Below the pieces are notes generated by a model that saw only the letters and a list, made by a program, of their open reading frames with translations, was not told where the DNA came from and searched no databases. A DNA stretch of 64,000 nucleotides, taken from the NCBI RefSeq assembly GCF_009914755.1, contig NC_060926.1; one strand, written 5' to 3'. Origin of the DNA: the human T2T-CHM13v2.0 reference genome, Homo sapiens. The first letter of the stretch is position 1. Each line of letters begins with the position of its first letter. This document shows positions 56,151-64,000 of the stretch, piece by piece. Both the position numbers and the translations under genes were made by a program.

Positions 56151-57288
56151 TTATGTAATTCAAGTTTCCTAAGCTTTAGTTCTTAAATATCATGCTTTCA
56201 ATATCAACATATTCAACCAGCAGGGCTGAATGAAGCTTCTAAAGCAGCCATCATGTTCAACCATGCAATGTATTGTTATCAGCGTTCTGGCAAACTGAAA
56301 TTGTATGTGCACTGAAATTCTCATGCAATCTTGGTTAATCCTAGACTAGATATAGAAGGGTAAACTATTCAGCAGTTTAGATTTTCAAAGCCTATTAATG
56401 AGCATTCGGCTTTTCAAAGCCAATTTAACATAAAATTTATGTAGCTAATCGTCTAGAATAGTGCATAAATTGACAAATGCTTGGATCTTTCAGGTTCTTA
56501 AGTTCCTAGGAAAGTATCTTAATAGTACTAGATAATCACAATTCCTCTTTAAAAAATAAACGGTCCATTTGTAATCTAATTCGCTCAATGAGAATAAAAC
56601 AGATTTACTGTGATTAAGATTTTGAAGTAATTGATATGAATATATGAAGATAAATATCATTTCTAAGTTGTGTGCAATTATTTCTCAACAAAAAAATAAA
56701 TCTTAACTTTAAAGAACTGTTATAATGACATCTTTTGTAATTAAACATCAAAATGTTAGTAAAAAGCCTTAAATTCTAAGGACTTTATAATATTCAATTT
56801 TATACCTAAATATAAGGAATTTTTATTAAACAAATGAAATTAAAAGCTGAAAAGATTTTCTCCCACAAAATATATTATGCATAATAGATTCTAATAATGA
56901 GAAAATGACATGCAGCTGCAGTAAATTCATCAAGAGTATTTCTTAATGGGAGGGACAGACGTCCGCAATTAATGTTCTTCTGCAATTTTCATTAGTTCTG
57001 GGATGAGATGGATAATCACAGGCAATCGTTTGACATTCCAAAAACACTTTCCGTTAAGTAGGGCATCACTACAGCTGAAACTTGAAATTGCATAAATCTT
57101 TCTTTTTTTTAAACTTTAAAGGACAAATGGCTTTTTTCTTATTATTAATGCTTGTTTCCTGATTGTGGTAAGAATAAACATTTAATTTTCAAAAATCACA
57201 CAGGAATCCTTGGAAATGGACTAACACTCAACAATATCTATATGGAAAGCTTATGCAACAAAGGTCAATAATTATTTTTTACTCTTCA

Positions 57289-57522
<234 letters not shown>

Positions 57523-58406
57523 CTATAAGAAAACAAAATTTTAGACCATAAGATGCATAAACATAAATGCCCCAAAAACATACAGAAAGCAGAAAATGCT
57601 ACATAAGAACTAGTTTGTGGATTCTATTTCTAGCTCCATTACAGATAACTGTGATTACAGGTCATTATTTAACACATCAAGTACCCTCAAGCTACTATGA
57701 AGAAAACTTGGTCAAGCACTGTGTGGTCAAGATAATTGAAGATAATGACAACTATTCAGATGCCATATGCACACAATTCCAAGAATTAGTGAGACTTTAT
57801 CTTTAATGGGATTCAAACAGTCATGTTTTAGTTTTGTATAGAAACAGAAAAAATAAAACTCTATTTCAGTAAAATCCTTATTGAGCAGTTTGTATTTCAG
57901 ATTTAACATTTAGGCTCCTTAGTTCTTTCACCTGTCAAAGACGAGTAACAATAATTTACCTGCAGATGATGGTCCTTACCCATTATGACTTCTATTGCTT
58001 TTTTTCCCCCTCCCTTCTCCTTTTATCCAAAAACCTCTTCTCCCAATAAAGTTTGAATAACGAAATGTTAAAAATAAGGCATATAATTAATTCACCACTT
58101 GGAAAGTATATGAAATAAACTCATGCCTTAAAATATGCTTTTAGATTTGGAGTCTGCAGCTTCCTAAAACAATCTATATGATATTCTTTTGGATAGAGTT
58201 TGAAGTCAGAGAATGTCACTCTGTGAAACCAATAGGTTAATGAGAACTCATAAAATGGAGGCCATTAGTGATCTATCCAGACAACTAACTTTCATAAGCA
58301 ATAATGTGTATGTTCCTGATTAAGGTAGGATGCTTCCTAAATTTCAGCAGAGGGATTATGATGCATTTATAAAGAAAGAAGCCTCAGCTTAACATACAAA
58401 TAAAGG

Positions 58407-58673
58407 GGCCAGGAGGGCAGCTCATGTCTGTAATCAAAGCACTTCGGGAGGCTGAGGCTAGTGCATAGCGAGACCTCGCCTCAACTGAAAATACAAAAGA
58501 AAAACTAGCTGAGTGTGGTGGCCAGCCCCTGTAGTCCCAGCTACTCAGGAGGCTGAAGTGGGAGGATCTCTTGAGCCTGGGGGTTCAAGGCCACAGTGAG
58601 TTATGATCGTGCCACTGCACTCCAGCATGGAAGACAGAATGAGACACTGTCTCAAAATAAAAACAAAAACAAA
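58407..58673 (+). mobile_element. AluJ with an internal deletion (TTC21B intron)
   Basis: GGCCAGGAGGGCAGCTCATGTCTGTAATC...TGAGACACTGTCTC plus an A tail. Confidence 0.88.
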
Positions 58674-60949
58674 GGGTAAGAAATTGTGACTGAGGAACGG
58701 TGATACCATTACTATAATAAAAGTATACTATAAGATAGCAAATTTGGGTAACTCATAAGGAATACTGCAAAAGGAGAGTGGTAAAATGTTCAATGTCCAA
58801 CTGATCTTTGGAAGTAAGAAATAACTCTGGAATAGAGAAGGGCAATACATCAGGGTTTTATAAAAACAGCTTTTAGAAATATAAAAACTTCCTTGCCTCA
58901 AATTCTGTATCTATCAATAAGCTTCCAAGATATAATCTGTTCCTCTAGGTAAGGGGTGGCAAAATGGTTTGAGTGTCAAATCCAACCAACTGGTTGTAGG
59001 TTATGAAGAAGTGTGGGATGTTACCAATTACTGAGCCTCACCCTCTCCCCACCTCAGCCCACCTCAGGTGGGCCAGGAGAGGAGAGAAGATAGAGGCCTG
59101 CTATGTATTTGTCAGCCAGGTCCTAGCACAGCCTAAGAGGAGGAGGGTCCTATGAAAAGGTCCCACATTCCCTCTACACTACACAATTAAAAATAACCTC
59201 TCTTACACTTTGAGTTTGATTAGAACGTATCGGTTCTTCACAACTTGATTACTCCTGAGTGAACTGAAGAACAGTTTCTAAAAGCAAACCTGAGTTCTAA
59301 TCCCTGCATTAGGTCTTTTTTTCTGGTGCAGACATCCTAAGACCTACAGCCAGCTTCTCTGTCTCTCAATAACTCTAAATTGCAGTAACTTTAGATTGCA
59401 AAGGACAAGACTTGGATGTGGACAATACAGCTGTTATTATAAACATCTCATCTTTATGGTTCAAGGTGATGCAATGAAAGCAAGTGGAAACACTTCAGCT
59501 TGGGCTTAATGTATCTTCCAGCATTTCTTCCATGATTTCTTGTCACATACCTCTTTTTTGGTCCCTCTGAATGACAAATAGGATTGTGAACATACCCTAT
59601 GTTTTTCTGCCTCCCTGACTTTGTTCACATTTTCCTCTTCCTCTGAAACACATTGTCTTCATTTCTGCCTGTTAAAATGCAATTTATCTTGGTTCTTCAA
59701 TCATACCTGTTTCTTAAATCCTATTTTTTCTTAAATCATACCTTCTTTACAAAAGGGTCTCCCAACTCTCCTTATACTGTCTCCTACAGCATTTTTATTT
59801 GCAATTCTAGTATGGAATGTAACACATTTTGCTTTGTATTAAGTCATCATAGTCAGTATGCTTGTCTTGTCTTCCATAGGCTATGAGAAACTTGAAAAAC
59901 GGGACCATACATTATTTATCTTTGTGTTTCCCACTATGCTTAGCACTCGCTGGCTGCTTAATGAATATTCATTATATTGAATACATGCAGCCTAGGAGTT
60001 AAAAGAAAAAAAAGTGAGAAAATTTGATGCTTATGAAACTTCAGCTCATATATCATTGTCTTTTGAATAATATGGTTAGTAAACAGATCTGAAGATAGTA
60101 TTTTACTAACCACATATGTAAGGATGATTAAAAAAAATAACACAGTCTTATCAACAGAAAGCAGGCATAGTCCTTCTAGGAAATAGCTGTAATATCATTC
60201 ACTGCTTTTGGCTTTTTTTCTCTCTTAAACTTCACAGTAGGGATAACGGATTTAGTCAAAATAAACTTTCTCATTGTTATGAGATAGAATAGCACATCAC
60301 AGCATTCAGTAGCTATGGCACCTGACATGAGACGCGCTTCCTCATGTTCCTAGAGATTCTCTTAGATGTACATGATTGCCCTACTTCTGCTCTGCCTTCA
60401 TTCAGCAGCTGTCATCCATCTGCTCCACAAAGCCAATTCAACAGAGCATGACCCCTGAGCACATTACTTCAATGTCTGCAGAAGGGCCTTGCTTTGGAGG
60501 GTTGCTGCTGCCATGCTGTCCTGCTGTTTTATTCCAAGCGCAATAATAAAGCTGCCATCTAGGATACTTGTACCCAAGCCACAACAAGAGTTGCAGGTCT
60601 CCCAAACCCCTGACATCTCAATCTCCTCCAGGGCCCTAAAAGGTGAGGGGAAAGAGATCACTGTCCAGGGCTTTGGGTAGTTTATTGCTGCCACTGTGAC
60701 TACTGAATCACAAGAAATCACAGCAAAATTCTGTATGTTCTCTGAGACACATAAAATGAGTTTCCAGTGGCCTACAGCATCATTGAATGGAAGAACAAAC
60801 ATGAAATTCAATGAGTATGCTTAGAAGTAACTATTACCAACTGCTGATGGGAGGGTATCTAGAATTCCTTTCTTAATATCAAGCAATTGAAGAAATAAAG
60901 TGCTGTGTGAGGGAAGGAAAAACAGTATCTAGAGAGTAAGAAAAAAGGT

Positions 60950-61264
<315 letters not shown>

Positions 61265-61738
61265 CTATGAAAATAACAAATATGAAAAGATTGCAGGAGG
61301 TTATTTCAGTGTTGCTAAAGAATATCATTATTTGTATGACTAAATTATAAGCTATCAGTATTGATCTCATGTAGCTATATAGCTGGAAAAATTCCAAGTT
61401 CATGTAAGTGAAGAAGTAAGATATCAGGGCAGCCAGGTGTTTATTTCCACTTAGTAAGTTAATCTTGGCTACATCTACAACACAGAAATTCTCCAGGGGA
61501 TAAAGTGGCTCCCTTGAGAATTAACTTATATACTTTTGAAGAATTCAGTTTCTGTAGAATTTAACATTCCAGTAGAGAGAAATATATCAACAACACAACA
61601 AAACAGTAACATCGTCTCTTCCGCCAAGAAGGGGACATTGTGTATGCCCAACTATATACCTAATTTTTAATAAAAGTTAAGTAATTAAGTCAATCTTCAG
61701 AAAATAAACAACTAATCAAAATATATGTTTCTATACTA

Positions 61739-62017
<279 letters not shown>

Positions 62018-63978
62018 TCATGATACAATTCATTGAGATTAGAATCAGCTTTTGTACACAAAAGCTCTGGGCACTCTTTTATACTCTTTTTGTCACTCAT
62101 TTAAAAGTAATCTTTTGTAAAGAATGTCACTCATTCTCTTCTAATACAAAGTGAAGCACAGTTACAATGCATTTTAAACAAAATTAATATGGACTCAATA
62201 AAACACCATTAAGCATTAATTTCCTCTAGAATGAAGACAAAAGTTGGATAATATCTACATGTTGTAAATGTGTGCATTCCAGCAAATATAAAACTATAAG
62301 TAGAATCAGAAAATTAACATATATCTATTCAAAAAGTGAAAGGAAAGGAAAAAAGTGACAAATACTGTATTATTTCATTCTATGTTTAATCCATTTTACA
62401 CACAGGAAAACTGAGGCTTGAACAGGTAATTTTCTAAAGGTCACACAGCTAGTAAGTGGTAAACCTAGGACCTGAATCTAAGCTTATCAGACATATAAAA
62501 TCTACTCTGTTCTCTTCACCACATTGCCTATCAGACTCTCAGAAATTATATATGTGTCAAACAGTAATTTCAAGTGCAATTTGAATATTTAATAGCAATT
62601 TTCTTATTTTATACACACAAACCCATGCACATAAATATACATAAATCAATTAATAAAAGGAAATTAAACACTCAAAGTCCAATCACTAAAGCCACTGGTC
62701 TTCTTCTCAGGCCTTAGGCTTATCTTGCCTAAACATGTCACGCTGTTGACTACCACTTCAAAGTTCTTCTCCCTTGGCTTCTGTAACACTACACAGCTTT
62801 AGTTCTCTTTTCACCATGCTGATTGCCCTTTTCTGACCTTCCTTCCTCCTCCAGACCCCTTAAATGTTAGCAAGCTTAACATTTAGTTCTCAGATTTTTG
62901 TTACTTCATTCTACCACTCACAAAGAGACCATTCATGGAGTTCCAACTATGCACTCTGCAGATGTCTCCCAAATCTCTATCCCTAGCTGTGACCTCTCTT
63001 TCTGAGTTTTAGTTTTGTATTTTGAATTGCCTGAAGAAGATTTCCACTTGAATAGCTTATAGTTCCATAACAGTAATGTTACCTCAACCTTCCTAAAACA
63101 ACCATAAACATGCCACTTCCCTGCTCTAACTGGTCTCGGTAATCCAAGCGTTAAAATCTGTTGTTGAAATCTCTTGGCAATCTACCACTAATTTTCTCCA
63201 GCTCCTCCATGCATCTTCTCCTGAATACTATGCACTGCTATGATTCCTAATAAACTCTGACAATACTTAATATCTATTTAAATCCATTTATATTTAGTTG
63301 CAGATTGAAAGGTTTCAGGTATTGTCTTGCCTCTTAATTAAACACTCCTGAAGACAGAAACTACCTCTTATATTCCCTTTATGTCCTAATACATTCCCCA
63401 CAAGCCTTGCCTGAGTCAGAAGAGAGGACAAGCTACTAATGCAGGTTGATAAATAACCATTGACTAGCAGTATACCACACTAACAGCAGTCAGGACTCAG
63501 TCTAAATCTTGCCTCCATCATTACTATCACATTAAACAAGTTGACTCAGCTTATTCTGCAATACTGTTATAGAAAACAAATGAGATAGTGTGTAGAAAGT
63601 ATAGAGGACAGGGTCTGGAAAATAACTACCATTTGTTAAGTAGTTACTATTATTGTGTGGATAATTTTTGCTACAGTTGTCAAATTCTACAATTAGGGGA
63701 GTGTCTTCATAGCATGTCTATTATTATTTAGGAAACCTAAAAGCATTTCATGCCTGTTTCACAGAATAGTTACATTAGCAATAACTATTCTATTGAATAA
63801 CTATTCAATTTGCTAAAATAACTATTCTCTGAAACAGGCAATGAAATGCCTATTTATTTAATTTATTCATCTGACCTTTCATTATTGCTATCCTAAATTT
63901 AGTTCTTTTGTATAGTATCCCTGTTTATTATCTCCAACAAGTGTTTTTTAAAAAAGGATAATATGTCAAATAACTCAC

Positions 63979-64000
63979 CCCAGGTCTCCATCCAGGTTTT
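63979..64000 (-). CDS. TTC21B: TTC21B coding exon (partial, runs off window end)
   Basis: Minus strand reads (E)NLDGDLG and ends GG|GTGAGT (donor 63973-63978). Phase 2 matches the next exon. Confidence 0.93.

Noticed and set aside
63764-63830. Three AATAACTATTC copies and a small palindrome in a TTC21B intron
   Set aside because: It is a short AT-rich slippage-type repeat, with no evidence of function.

Overview
This is AT-rich, repeat-dense primate (human-like) genomic DNA. The right third holds the last six coding exons (one partial) and the 3' UTR of TTC21B (IFT139/THM1, an IFT-A TPR protein) on the minus strand. From memory, this is the GALNT3-TTC21B interval of chr2q24.3. The rest contains many Alus, a near full-length old L1, a THE1 provirus with a nested solo LTR, MST/MLT LTRs and DNA-transposon relics. 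The main observation is that the unique 'intergenic' DNA appears to hold two convergent, decayed multi-exon protein-coding genes, both with canonical splice sites. (1) A minus-strand relic at ~18.2-21.2 kb, possibly reaching ~44 kb; three of its four core junctions are phase-matched, and its reconstructed protein has motifs in the order of a DEDDh/DnaQ 3'-5' exonuclease. (2) A plus-strand relic at ~2.5-10.6 kb of unknown family. Also seen: two RFX X-boxes downstream of TTC21B, a 56-bp near-perfect fold-back hairpin, and several templated local duplications. The pseudogene models were built by eye and need homology searches to confirm. Repeat subfamily names are by eye and approximate.
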